From NCBI GenBank assembly GCA_965197905.1, contig CBDAOB010000004.1:1408001-1472000 (forward strand): a DNA stretch of 64,000 nt, in the 5' to 3' direction. Source of the stretch: Candidatus Latescibacterota bacterium. GTDB taxonomy: Bacteria; Latescibacterota; UBA2968; UBA8231. A model generated the notes under the pieces. That model saw only the letters and a program-made list of their open reading frames with translations, made no database searches and was not told where the DNA came from. Every line of letters starts with the position of its first letter. Within the stretch, counting starts at the first letter, position 1. The position numbers were made by a program, and so were the translations under genes. Shown here piece by piece: positions 10,150 through 19,357 of this stretch.

Positions 10150-10178
10150 AGCGTAATGAACCTAGTCTTTCCTGTCAA
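10150..10178 (-). promoter_or_regulatory. Sigma70-type promoter TTGACA-17-TACGCT for the XDH-family gene
   Basis: Consensus match and 17-bp spacing; 12-bp palindrome AAACCGCGGTTT at 10127-10138 just downstream. Confidence 0.55.
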
Positions 10179-10219
10179 TTCGCAGGCCGGTGTAGGATGC
10201 CTCCGCGGGCGGCGCGAGC

Positions 10220-10963
10220 ATGGCTTCCTTTGAACCCGACTACCTGTCCTCTGTGGACTCTTTTCGACTACCCCCAACCGAGGTGCACCTGTGGGGGTGT
10301 CGGTTGGCCGAAGCGTTTGATGCGTGCGACGGATTGGCGGCCTACCTCGACAACGGGGAGATGGCGAAGGCCAATCGGTACCGGCGGCCAGAGGACACCA
10401 CCCGTTACATCGCCGGACGCGGTCTGCTCAGGCTGATGCTTGGCAAGTACCTGGACCTGAACCCGAAACATCTGCGGTTCGAGTATGGTGCCCACGGGAA
10501 GCCGTATCTGGAGCATGGAAACGGACTGCAGTTCAACCTGTCCCACGCCGGGGATCTCGCGATGTTGGCCTTTTCCCAGGGTCGGCCCGTAGGAGTGGAT
10601 GTGGAGTCTCGTGAACGCGGGATTCGCGGCGAGGAGATTGCCTTTCGTTTCTTTTCACCGGCTGAGCAGGCACAGATGAGGGGATTTCCGGCAAAAGATC
10701 GTCCCGCCGCTTTCTTGCGTGGTTGGACGCGAAAAGAAGCTTTTATCAAGGCACGCGGGGAGAGCATTCTCAAAGAGCTCGGAAGATTCTCCGTCTCGTT
10801 GTCGCCCGGGGACCTTGCGCCAATTCGTGAGATCGAGTGCAATCACGGCGCACCGACCCGCTGGCGGATGCACACCGTCGAAACGGACAAATACTTGGCT
10901 GCCGTGTGCTGGGAGGGAACCGCAGATCTCAGCTGCCGACAGCTGTTTGACGGACCCCTCTGA
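10220..10963 (+). CDS. Sfp-type 4'-phosphopantetheinyl transferase
   Basis: HGKPYL, FNLSHAG, VGVDVE, WTRKEAFIKARG. Confidence 0.92.
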   Translation: MASFEPDYLSSVDSFRLPPTEVHLWGCRLAEAFDACDGLAAYLDNGEMAKANRYRRPEDTTRYIAGRGLLRLMLGKYLDLNPKHLRFEYGAHGKPYLEHGNGLQFNLSHAGDLAMLAFSQGRPVGVDVESRERGIRGEEIAFRFFSPAEQAQMRGFPAKDRPAAFLRGWTRKEAFIKARGESILKELGRFSVSLSPGDLAPIREIECNHGAPTRWRMHTVETDKYLAAVCWEGTADLSCRQLFDGPL

Positions 10964-10987
10964 CCTCCTCGCTGAGGCCATTTTTTC

Positions 10988-11016
10988 TTGACTTCCGCAT
11001 CCGGAACTCATATTGT
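10988..11016 (+). promoter_or_regulatory. Sigma70-type promoter TTGACT-17-TATTGT
   Basis: Upstream of the GGAGGAGG SD and GTG 11104. Confidence 0.55.
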
Positions 11017-11103
11017 ACCGAGTGGATAAGACTCTATTTTTAAAGAACCTTATTCACAGGTTCACCGGCTTCGAAGTGAGTGCCCCATCGGAGGAGGTGA
11101 GTC

Positions 11104-11624
11104 GTGCCCGAGAAGATGACAGAGTTATCAGCACAACAAGCCGGCATTGCCGCCAATGCGCTAGCACTCGCTGCAGGCAATTCCACTCAGCGTCGACAGG
11201 CTCAAGGTCAAATGGAGAGTCTGGTCAGCCGGATGGAGTCCGTCGCTCAGCGTATCTCTGCGCGAAATACGAGCGCCAGTCAACGATCCGTCCTGGTCTC
11301 GCGTTTCAACGATTTGACCCGGCGGGTCAACCTGATGGACGGGATTGTCGCCGGCGAGGGACAGGAAGGCGGGGTCGCCGGGCTTTGCGCCTGGGTAACG
11401 GACTAAGCCAGACGGCCGACGGCCCGGCCACAGGCACTGCCCGACCCACCAAAAGCGCTTCAAAAGCTGCGCTGTTCGCACGGGAACGCGGTCCAGGTGG
11501 TGGCCACGACATAGCGATCGCCGCCCAAACGGTGAAGGATGTGCGCGATGGCATACAACTCCAAGGGTTGGCGGTGATTGGCGCGCGCCGGAGTGCGGGC
11601 GCTGTGCTCGACATTCTCGCTTAG
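11104..11624 (+). CDS. Small flagellin-like helical protein (~173 aa if a 1-nt frameshift near 11371-11374 is corrected)
   Basis: Strong SD. N-part ...LVSRMESVAQRISARNTSASQRSVLVSRFNDLTRRVN resembles the flagellin N-terminal helix. The other frame ends DIAIAAQTVKDVRDGIQLQGLAVIGARRSAGAVLDILA, followed by a terminator. Confidence 0.55.
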
Positions 11625-11660
11625 GCCTGGCGGTAAACCCGACAGATACACTGCTTCGAG

Positions 11661-11685
11661 AGGACCCGGCTCCGGGTCCTTTTTT
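11661..11685 (+). terminator. Rho-independent terminator
   Basis: AGGACCCGG-C-TCCGGGTCCT hairpin followed by a T run. Confidence 0.85.
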
Positions 11686-11761
11686 AGTGTACGCGGTGGT
11701 GACTTGCCACCGGTGGCGCCGACATCGTCAGGTATTGGCTATTCAACTACTTGGAGGTCCA

Positions 11762-12700
11762 GTGAAACACCGAGTTCTTGCAGACGAACCCTTACCCGAC
11801 GACATCATGCAGCAACTGGATGCATCGTATACCGTTGACATATGGCTCCCGGAGCAAAGCGCCGATCTGCCAGCCTATGAGGCGTTGATAACCTATGGTC
11901 ACCCTCCTATTGACGGTGCGTTCATGGACCGGATGACCCAGCTGCGGCTGATCAGCAATTTTGGGGTGGGGGTGGACCATATAGACCTTGCTGCCGCCAA
12001 GGAGAGAAGTCTTCCCGTAGGGTTTACGCCGAATCTGATGAATGGCGCCGTCGCGGATATGACCTTCGCGTTGATGCTGGCAGCCGCGCGCAACCTTGTG
12101 GTCGGAGATCAGTACGCCCGCGGTCCGGAGTATCTCCACCTCGATCCAAGAATCCTGATCGGCCAGGAGGTTCACGGATCAACTCTGGATATCATCGGTT
12201 TGGGAAACATTGGATACGAGGTCGCACGCCGCGCCCACGGATTCGACATGACCGTCCTCTATCACAATCGCCATGCGCAAGCCGGCGTTGAAGCCGAATT
12301 GGGTGTGTCTTATGCGACATTGCCCGAGTTGTTGGCCCAAGCCGATTTCGTCGTCTTGACGGTGCCGCTGACGGAGGAGACGAGGCACCTGATATCGGCG
12401 GCGGAACTGGCGCAGATGAAAGCCTCCGCTATCTTGATCAACATTGCCCGCGGAGGGGTTGTGGATAAGGACGCCCTGCTAGATGCCCTGCAAAATGGAA
12501 CGATCGCCGCTGCCGCGCTAGACGTTACCGAGCCTGAACCGCTGCCTCGGGATCATCCCCTGCTGAAACTGGAAAACCTCGTGCTGACACCTCACTTGGG
12601 TAGTGCCGCGGGGGCCACGCGACGTGCCATGGGGAGAATGACCGTGGACAATCTCGAGGCCGGGTTAGCGGGTCGAGAGTTGCTGCAGCGGGCAATCTGA
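11762..12700 (+). CDS. D-isomer-specific 2-hydroxyacid dehydrogenase (glyoxylate reductase-like)
   Basis: FGVGVDHID, IIGLGNIG, LINIARGGVVD, ALDVTEPEP, LTPHLGSA; GTG after GGAGG. Confidence 0.9.
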   Translation: MKHRVLADEPLPDDIMQQLDASYTVDIWLPEQSADLPAYEALITYGHPPIDGAFMDRMTQLRLISNFGVGVDHIDLAAAKERSLPVGFTPNLMNGAVADMTFALMLAAARNLVVGDQYARGPEYLHLDPRILIGQEVHGSTLDIIGLGNIGYEVARRAHGFDMTVLYHNRHAQAGVEAELGVSYATLPELLAQADFVVLTVPLTEETRHLISAAELAQMKASAILINIARGGVVDKDALLDALQNGTIAAAALDVTEPEPLPRDHPLLKLENLVLTPHLGSAAGATRRAMGRMTVDNLEAGLAGRELLQRAI

Positions 12701-12758
12701 ATCCTTTTGTTTGGCACCGCATCCCACCTATTGACATCACCACGGACCGGTTACCGAC

Positions 12759-13694
12759 ATGGTTGAATCAACCCACTACAAGGTCATAATCATTGGCTCG
12801 GGACCCGCCGGCCTTACAGCAGCACTCTATGCCGCACGCGCCGACCTGGCCCCATTGGTATTGGAAGGCACCCAACCTGGTGGCCAATTGACCATCACCA
12901 CCGATGTGGAGAACTACCCCGGCTTCCCGGAAGGGATCATGGGGCCGGAACTTATGGACAAGATGCGCGAGCAGGCTGTCCGATTCGGCGCCGAATCCCA
13001 GTTCCAAACGGCAAGCGCCGTGAATCTGAGCGAACGACCCTTCCGAGTTACCGCGGGAGGGAACCAGTTCACCGGCGATACGGTGATCGTTGCCACCGGA
13101 GCTTCGGCTCGTCTGCTGGGTTTGGAATCGGAAACGAGATTGATGGGACACGGCGTCTCTGCCTGCGCCACCTGCGATGGCTTCTTCTTCCGCGATAAGG
13201 AGATCGTGGTAGTGGGCGGCGGCGACTCCGCCATGGAAGAAGCCACCTTCCTCACCAAGTTTGCGTCCAAGGTGAGCGTCGTTCACCGGCGGGATGAATT
13301 TCGCGCCTCGAAGATCATGCTCAAACGGGCCCAGGAGAACGCGAAGATCGACCTGGTCACGAATGCAGTTGTGGAAGAGATCCTGCAACCGAACGGCGCG
13401 TTGACCGTGTCTGGAGTACGGCTTCGCAACACGACCACCGACGAAACCTGGGAGCATCCATGCGAGGGTGTCTTCATGGCTATCGGGCATACACCCAACA
13501 CGGAGCTGTTTCAGGAGATCTTGGATATGGATGACCAGGGCTATATCGTCACCAAAGCCGACAGTACGGCGACGAATATCGACGGCGTTTTTGCGTGCGG
13601 TGATGCGCAGGACCATGTCTACCGGCAAGCGGTGACGGCGGCGGGAACCGGCTGCATGGCCGCCATTGAAGCGGAACGCTACCTATCCCACTAG
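12759..13694 (+). CDS. trxB: Thioredoxin-disulfide reductase
   Basis: [45 protein letters not shown]. Confidence 0.97.
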   Translation: MVESTHYKVIIIGSGPAGLTAALYAARADLAPLVLEGTQPGGQLTITTDVENYPGFPEGIMGPELMDKMREQAVRFGAESQFQTASAVNLSERPFRVTAGGNQFTGDTVIVATGASARLLGLESETRLMGHGVSACATCDGFFFRDKEIVVVGGGDSAMEEATFLTKFASKVSVVHRRDEFRASKIMLKRAQENAKIDLVTNAVVEEILQPNGALTVSGVRLRNTTTDETWEHPCEGVFMAIGHTPNTELFQEILDMDDQGYIVTKADSTATNIDGVFACGDAQDHVYRQAVTAAGTGCMAAIEAERYLSH

Positions 13695-13722
13695 AACCTG
13701 GCGCCGACCGCGTCGCCAGGTT
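13695..13722. terminator. Hairpin between convergent genes
   Basis: AACCTGGCG...CGCCAGGTT 9-bp stem; no long U tract. Confidence 0.45.
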
Positions 13723-13733
13723 GGAGCAAACGG

Positions 13734-15173
13734 CTAGGCCCCTAGGTCTTTGTAGAGTTCCGCAAACGCTGCGACGATGATGTCGACGGTGTCCGCCGTG
13801 GGCGGCGCCGAGATGTGGTAGGATTTCACCGCAGAACTAACAGACATGCCTCCCTGTTTCACCGTCTGCGCCGATGGCCAATAGGCCAGCACCCCGTTGC
13901 AGTAGCCGGCGAACAGCGTGACCAGGGTGTCCGACAACGCCTTCACTCCCAGGCCGATCTCCACAAAAGGCTCGCCCGGCATTCCGGCGAAAACGAAATC
14001 GTCAATCCGATAGCCGACGATCTCGAAATTCAGGTGTTCGCTGGTAATGCCTGCCTCGACCTTGTCGAGGACGGTTTTGGTCCAGCTCTGGGTCATCAGG
14101 GCAGGATAGGTCTGTCTCGGGGGTGCCCCGGAGGTTTCGAGCTCCTTCAGTGCATTCTCCGCCGCGTCAAATTGCGCCCTAGCTTCTGTCGCCGTTGGAA
14201 GCGGTTGCAACGGCACCTCTATGTTTCGCTGCGCCACCCGAAAGAGATCGTGCCCCGGACCGTCCTGAAACTCCTTGTGATATAGGGCCAGAGCCGAGAG
14301 CGAAGCGCCGACCTCGCGCACCACTTCGTGAGGGCGGGTTTCGATCTCGAAGAAGGCCTTGGCGGCGGCGGCTCCCACCTGCCCGCCCATACGTTCCATT
14401 TCCGAACTATCGTGTTGGAGGAACGACAGGGCCGCCTGATTGCCGGCGGCCCCTGTGAAATAGAGACATGTTGCTCCCGTCGCGGCCTCCACGACACGAC
14501 GGGTCACGCCGGGAAAATCCTGACTGATCTGATACCAACGCTGACCCATCACCACCGGGTGGGCGGCGTATCCGGTTACCACCGCAACCGGATTTCCGTC
14601 CAGATCGTCCACTCGCAACACCTCCACGTTGTGATCGGTGGTACCATCCGGATTGCGCCCTACCAGCACGCGACCGTCGTCGTTCAGTTCCTCGCGATTG
14701 ATGGCCACAGCCGCACAGCTGCGGCCGCTGCCGACCCGCGCCGGCTGCGCACTGCGATCCGCATCGGCGGCAGCGGCGGCCAGTTGTCTCTTGAGATTCG
14801 CGATATAAAAATCCAGCGCGGCTCTTTCATTGGTGTCGCCTCCAACGTCGTGCACGCCTCCCAGATTCCCGCGCGAGGTGCATGGACCGTTGTGGGTGTG
14901 GGTGCATCCCACCGCCACCTGTGCAGGAGGTACCCCGACTGCGGCTCCGATTTCCTGGCGGATCTTTGCCACTAAATCCATGTCGAAGCCGATCAGATCG
15001 CAGTCTACCAGGACGACCTTCGTGCTTTCGTCGGCGAGAACGAGAATCGTCGCCAGCAGATTGGACTCGACACCCCGCGCACCTTCGATTCGGCTCATGA
15101 TGCCTTGCATGCGAAATCCTGCGGGTGGCGTTATGTCGATACGTGCGATTCCGGCTTTCAACATTGAACTCAT
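13734..15173 (-). CDS. Neutral/alkaline ceramidase-like metal-dependent amidohydrolase
   Basis: LKAGIARIDITPP, CTHTHNGP, GYAAHP, GAAGN, MPGEPFVEIG, GYCNG..AY; ATG 15173 after GAAAGGAG. Confidence 0.8.
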   Translation of the reverse strand: MSSMLKAGIARIDITPPAGFRMQGIMSRIEGARGVESNLLATILVLADESTKVVLVDCDLIGFDMDLVAKIRQEIGAAVGVPPAQVAVGCTHTHNGPCTSRGNLGGVHDVGGDTNERAALDFYIANLKRQLAAAAADADRSAQPARVGSGRSCAAVAINREELNDDGRVLVGRNPDGTTDHNVEVLRVDDLDGNPVAVVTGYAAHPVVMGQRWYQISQDFPGVTRRVVEAATGATCLYFTGAAGNQAALSFLQHDSSEMERMGGQVGAAAAKAFFEIETRPHEVVREVGASLSALALYHKEFQDGPGHDLFRVAQRNIEVPLQPLPTATEARAQFDAAENALKELETSGAPPRQTYPALMTQSWTKTVLDKVEAGITSEHLNFEIVGYRIDDFVFAGMPGEPFVEIGLGVKALSDTLVTLFAGYCNGVLAYWPSAQTVKQGGMSVSSAVKSYHISAPPTADTVDIIVAAFAELYKDLGA

Positions 15174-15327
15174 CTGCCATCTCCTTTCACCCGTTCCAGC
15201 CTCTCTTTTCTTCGCCCGTCGATCCCCGCCGAATGCGGTCTCAACCATAACCGTCCCGCCGCTGCACACAAGGGCACCAATGCTACCCGGCCGCAGCGAT
15301 CTGACCGCCGCCGGCCGATTTGCAAGC

Positions 15328-15356
15328 TTGTCAACCGGAATGGGAGTACTTAAGCT
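15328..15356 (+). promoter_or_regulatory. Sigma70-type promoter TTGTCA-17-TAAGCT for the E2/CoA-ligase operon
   Basis: Consensus-like boxes with 17-bp spacing, 42 nt before ATG 15398. Confidence 0.45.
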
Positions 15357-15397
15357 TTCTTCCCTTTTCAGATCCCGCTTTTCCAAACCTCATCCCC

Positions 15398-16516
15398 ATG
15401 CAAAAAAACGTTCGCCTACCGCAGGTCGAGCTGAACATGGAACGGGTCCAGGTCGCTCGCTGGCTTGTCGATGTCGGCGAGAGGGTAACGGTCGATCAGC
15501 CCATTCTGGAGGTGGAAACACAGAAGGCGACGGTAGAGGTACGCAGCATGGACGCCGGGTTCGTGCGTCTGAAATGCGTAAGCGATGCAAACGAGATTGG
15601 GGAAGGAGCATTCCTCTGCGTGCTTACCGACAACGCAGAGGAACCCTTCGAGGGTCCAGCCGCTGCGCACCCGCAGACCTCGGCAAAGGTGCCCACGGCA
15701 CCAAGAAACGCAGGCGCGATCGAGCTGGTCGCGAAGCCGACGAGAATCGTGCCCGCTGCGCCGGCGGCACGACGGCTGGCCAAGGAACTCGGCATCGACT
15801 TGACCGCCGTGGCTGGTAGCGGCCCCGGAGGGCGGGTGACGGAAGCGGATGTGCACGCCTTCGATCAGAGCTGCGACGACAGCACAACCGGCGCATGGAT
15901 ACCGATCGATCCGGTGCGACGAGCCCTGAACGATCAGATGGAGCGATCGTTGCGTGCGATTCCGCAGTTCCACCTGCGCCGCGAGATGGACGTGACTGCG
16001 CTGATGGCGGAACGGTCGAGCACTACCTTTACCCATCGACTCATTGAATGCACCGCTGCGGCGTTGAAACGACACCCAGCATTGCGCACTAGCATTGCCG
16101 ACAACAAACTCAAGGAACAGCCGATCGACGTCGCGGTTGCGATGCAGTCGCCGACCGGTTTGGTGGCGCCGGTGCTGCGCAACGCGGATCAACGCAGCCT
16201 GACGGAGATCGCCGCTGGGGTCAGAAGCCTGGCGCAGCGTACCGATGAGCTAACGCGCGAGGAACTCTCCAACGCTCCGTTTGCCATTTCCAATTTGGGC
16301 ATGTTCGGGGTCGATTCCTTCGACGCCTTCGTCTTCCACGGTCAAACGGCGGTTCTCGCCGTCGGCAAGACGCGACGTGAGGAGGACAACAACGCGGTCG
16401 CGTCCTTCAGCCTGGCGTTGGACCACCGTGTTGTGGACGGCGTGGAGGGCGCCAAGTTTCTGGCCACGCTGCAGGAAGAAATCAACGATTTTGAAGTTCC
16501 TCGAACATCAAAGTAA
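15398..16516 (+). CDS. 2-oxoacid dehydrogenase E2 dihydrolipoamide acyltransferase
   Basis: Lipoyl domain LEVETQKATVEV, E3-binding PAARRLAKELGIDL..GSGPGGRV, catalytic DHRVVDG. Confidence 0.9.
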   Translation: MQKNVRLPQVELNMERVQVARWLVDVGERVTVDQPILEVETQKATVEVRSMDAGFVRLKCVSDANEIGEGAFLCVLTDNAEEPFEGPAAAHPQTSAKVPTAPRNAGAIELVAKPTRIVPAAPAARRLAKELGIDLTAVAGSGPGGRVTEADVHAFDQSCDDSTTGAWIPIDPVRRALNDQMERSLRAIPQFHLRREMDVTALMAERSSTTFTHRLIECTAAALKRHPALRTSIADNKLKEQPIDVAVAMQSPTGLVAPVLRNADQRSLTEIAAGVRSLAQRTDELTREELSNAPFAISNLGMFGVDSFDAFVFHGQTAVLAVGKTRREEDNNAVASFSLALDHRVVDGVEGAKFLATLQEEINDFEVPRTSK

Positions 16517-17684
16517 ATCGATCCTCTCCCAGTTCGGGCTGGAGTTTACCCAACCGGTGGTCGTGGCAACGGCGGCGGCAGCTGCGGTAAGCCGGTTGAA
16601 CGCCAAGGCGGTGCTCAAAGCCCAGGTCCCCGTGGGGGGACGCGGCAAAGCCGGAGCGGTCAAGATCGTTGAATCGGTAACCACCGCCGAGACGGCCGCT
16701 GGCGAGCTCCTAGCCATGCAGTTGGGCACGCAACCCGTACGCGAGGTGTCGGTGGAACCGTTCGTCCCGATCGAGCGGGAGTTCTACGTCGGCGTCACCT
16801 GGGACCTGGCGGCGAAACGACCCATCGCCCTATTGAGCACGAGCGGCGGCATCCACGTCGAGCAGGAAGCGGCCGGTTCCTTTGCCACCAGACACCTGGA
16901 CCCATCAGCGGGACTGGCCCCCTATCAGGGACGTCAGATGGCGCACGAAATCGGCTTGTGCGGGCGGGTCTTAGCCCAAGTTGGCGCCACGATCTCGCGC
17001 CTGTCCCACGCGTTTGTGGCGTTGGATGCGGTAACGGCGGAGATCAATCCCCTGGTCATCGACCCCGATGATCACTTAATAGGTCTCGACGCGCGATTGG
17101 AGATCGACGACGACGCCGGATACCGGCAGACGAAAACGGTGGAACGGTTCGGTCACGCGGGCACCGGGGCCGGCGATCGACCCCCGACCCCGCTGGAGAC
17201 CGAAGCGGAACGGATCGACGCCATGGATCACCGCGGCGTCGCCGGCCGTTTGGTGGAATTCGACGGCAATCTGGGACTTTTGATCGGCGGTGGTGGAGCC
17301 AGCCTGACCGTATTCGATGCGGTTTTGCACCACGGCGGTCGTCCAGCCAACTATTGTGAGATCGGCGGCAATCCGACGGCGGAAAAGATCGCCGCCCTGA
17401 CCACCCTGTTGTTTTCCAAGAAGGGGATTAAGAAACTCGGGGTGATCATGAACGTGGTGAACAACACCCGGGCTGACGTCATAGCAGAGGGTGTCGTCGC
17501 CGGCATTCGCGCCGCCGGGTTGGAGCCCAAGGAAGCGATTGCGGTGTTTCGGGTGCCCGGGTCCTGGGAGCCGGAAGCCCAGAAGATCATGGCCGCGGCA
17601 GGGGTCGCGGCTCAAGGCCGAGAGGTTTCTCTCGATGGGGCAGCTCGACTCGCGGTCGAAGCGTCGGTTGCCGATGCTGCTTGA
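16491..17684 (+). CDS. ATP-grasp CoA ligase beta subunit (citryl-CoA synthetase/ACL-like rather than canonical SucC)
   Basis: TTG start MKFLEHQSK, KAQVPVGGRGKAG, AEINPL, IGGGGAS (ACL-type; SucC has NGAGL), PANYCEIGGNP. Confidence 0.8.
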   Translation: MKFLEHQSKSILSQFGLEFTQPVVVATAAAAAVSRLNAKAVLKAQVPVGGRGKAGAVKIVESVTTAETAAGELLAMQLGTQPVREVSVEPFVPIEREFYVGVTWDLAAKRPIALLSTSGGIHVEQEAAGSFATRHLDPSAGLAPYQGRQMAHEIGLCGRVLAQVGATISRLSHAFVALDAVTAEINPLVIDPDDHLIGLDARLEIDDDAGYRQTKTVERFGHAGTGAGDRPPTPLETEAERIDAMDHRGVAGRLVEFDGNLGLLIGGGGASLTVFDAVLHHGGRPANYCEIGGNPTAEKIAALTTLLFSKKGIKKLGVIMNVVNNTRADVIAEGVVAGIRAAGLEPKEAIAVFRVPGSWEPEAQKIMAAAGVAAQGREVSLDGAARLAVEASVADAA

Positions 17685-18549
17685 CCCCGAGGCTGAGGTC
17701 ATGGTTCAGGGTATTACCGGTCGCGAAGCCAGCAGCATGGTGGAGGATATGCTTGCGTATGGCAGCCGTGTTGTCGCCGGAGTAACCCCGGGCAAAGGCG
17801 GTCAGAAGGTGTTTGGGCTTCCGGTATACGATACCGTCGCGGAGCTGATGGAGCATCATAGTCCCTCTATCACCGTGATCTCCGTCCCGGCGCCAGCGGT
17901 TCTCGACGCGGCGTTGGAGGCGTTCTGTTTTCCTCTAGAGGTATGCTTGGTAATGTCGGAGCGGGTACCCCGCCTCGACACCTGTAAGCTGGTAGTTGCG
18001 GCTGAGGTGGGCGGGTGTACGGTGATCGGTCCCAATTCGTTGGGGCTCATCCGGCCCGGCATCGCCAAGCTGGGCACCGTGGGTGGCCGGCTCGACAACG
18101 TGCAGCGCTCCTACCGCCCGGGACAGGTCGCCGTGCTTTCCCGCAGCGGCGGCATGACCACCGAGATCGCCAGCTTCCTCACCAGCCGGGGCATCGGCCA
18201 GAGCATCGCCGTGGGCATTGGCGGCGATTCCATTGTAGGCGCCAATTTCCTGGAGCTGATCGAACTGCTCGAAAGCGATGAGCAAACCAGCTCGGTGGTT
18301 ATCTACGGCGAGCCCGGCGGCACCGCAGAGGAAGACCTGGCTGCAAGGCTCATCGAAAAGGGAAGCCGCCTTAAGGTGAACGCCTTTCTTTCCGGAAACT
18401 TCGTCGACGACCTGGAGGGGGTACGTTTCGGCCATGCCGCGGTCATAGTTGAAGGCGGCCGCGGTTCGGTGGCGGGTAAAAAGGCAGCGCTACGGGAGGC
18501 GGGGGTATTTGTGGCCGACGAGTTCGAAGACATAACTAGGGGGCTTTGA
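17674..18549 (+). CDS. CoA ligase alpha subunit (citryl-CoA synthetase small subunit/SucD-like)
   Basis: VQGITGREAS, VAGVTPGKGG, IGPNSLG, SRSGGMTTE, GIGGD, RFGHA phosphohistidine. Confidence 0.85.
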   Translation: MLLDPEAEVMVQGITGREASSMVEDMLAYGSRVVAGVTPGKGGQKVFGLPVYDTVAELMEHHSPSITVISVPAPAVLDAALEAFCFPLEVCLVMSERVPRLDTCKLVVAAEVGGCTVIGPNSLGLIRPGIAKLGTVGGRLDNVQRSYRPGQVAVLSRSGGMTTEIASFLTSRGIGQSIAVGIGGDSIVGANFLELIELLESDEQTSSVVIYGEPGGTAEEDLAARLIEKGSRLKVNAFLSGNFVDDLEGVRFGHAAVIVEGGRGSVAGKKAALREAGVFVADEFEDITRGL

Positions 18550-18550
18550 T

Positions 18551-19306
18551 ATGAGCGACTTTTGGAAGACCTCCATATCTCGAGTGCAGCCGGGAGAGAT
18601 TCTCGTTCGTGGGTATCCAATCGAGCAGCTGATGCAGCGCTGTTCGTTCGGCGATGTCGTCTACCTTCTGTTGAAAGGCGAGCTGCCCGCCGGCGCCGAG
18701 GGCAAGATGGTGGGCGCGTTGTTGGTCTCATGCTGTGAGCACAGCCTTGCTTCACCCAGCGTCGACGCTGTTCGATTCGTGGCTTCCTGCGGCGTTCCGT
18801 TGCAGACCGCCGTGGCTGCCGGCGTGAGCGCCATCGGCGATGTTCATGGGGGCGCGATGGAACCGTGTGCCGTCATTCTCAAGCAAGCGGTGGCCGCCGG
18901 AAAGGACGCGGATGAAGTCGTTAAGGAGTTCCGCGCGAGCGGTAAACGCATGCCGGGATATGGACACCCCGTGCACCGCCAACAGGACCCGCGGGTCGTC
19001 GCCTTGTTGGAACTGGCAGCGAAGTGGAGTATATCCGGTCCGCACACGGCGTTGGCGCGCGACCTCGAACGCAGTCTGGAGCGGGAACTCGGTCGGCGCT
19101 TACCGATGAATGTCGACGGTATCATTGCCGCCTTGCTCTGCGACATGGAGATCGATCCGGCGTTGGGCAAGACCTTCTTTATCGTCAGCCGTGCCGCCGG
19201 ATATGCCGCTCACGCTCATGAACAGACCACCGCCGAGCGGCCCTTCAAGGCACCGGGCATTGAAGAGATCACCTATACCGGACCCGAGAAAAGAGACGTT
19301 CCCTAA
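18551..19306 (+). CDS. Citryl-CoA lyase family protein (short citrate-synthase fold)
   Basis: 251 aa; WKTSIS...ILVRGY, HGGAME, PGYGHP, DPR, MNVDG, SRAAGYAAH. Confidence 0.85.
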   Translation: MSDFWKTSISRVQPGEILVRGYPIEQLMQRCSFGDVVYLLLKGELPAGAEGKMVGALLVSCCEHSLASPSVDAVRFVASCGVPLQTAVAAGVSAIGDVHGGAMEPCAVILKQAVAAGKDADEVVKEFRASGKRMPGYGHPVHRQQDPRVVALLELAAKWSISGPHTALARDLERSLERELGRRLPMNVDGIIAALLCDMEIDPALGKTFFIVSRAAGYAAHAHEQTTAERPFKAPGIEEITYTGPEKRDVP

Positions 19307-19357
19307 GACAGAACGGGAATCGAACCCAGAGGAAGGCGACCAAGCCAAGGAGTAGCG

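Noticed and set aside
16491..19306. Evidence for an autotrophic reverse TCA cycle
   Set aside because: No ferredoxin oxidoreductases or fumarate reductase are nearby, and the linked E1/E2 complex is oxidative. Cannot be excluded genome-wide.
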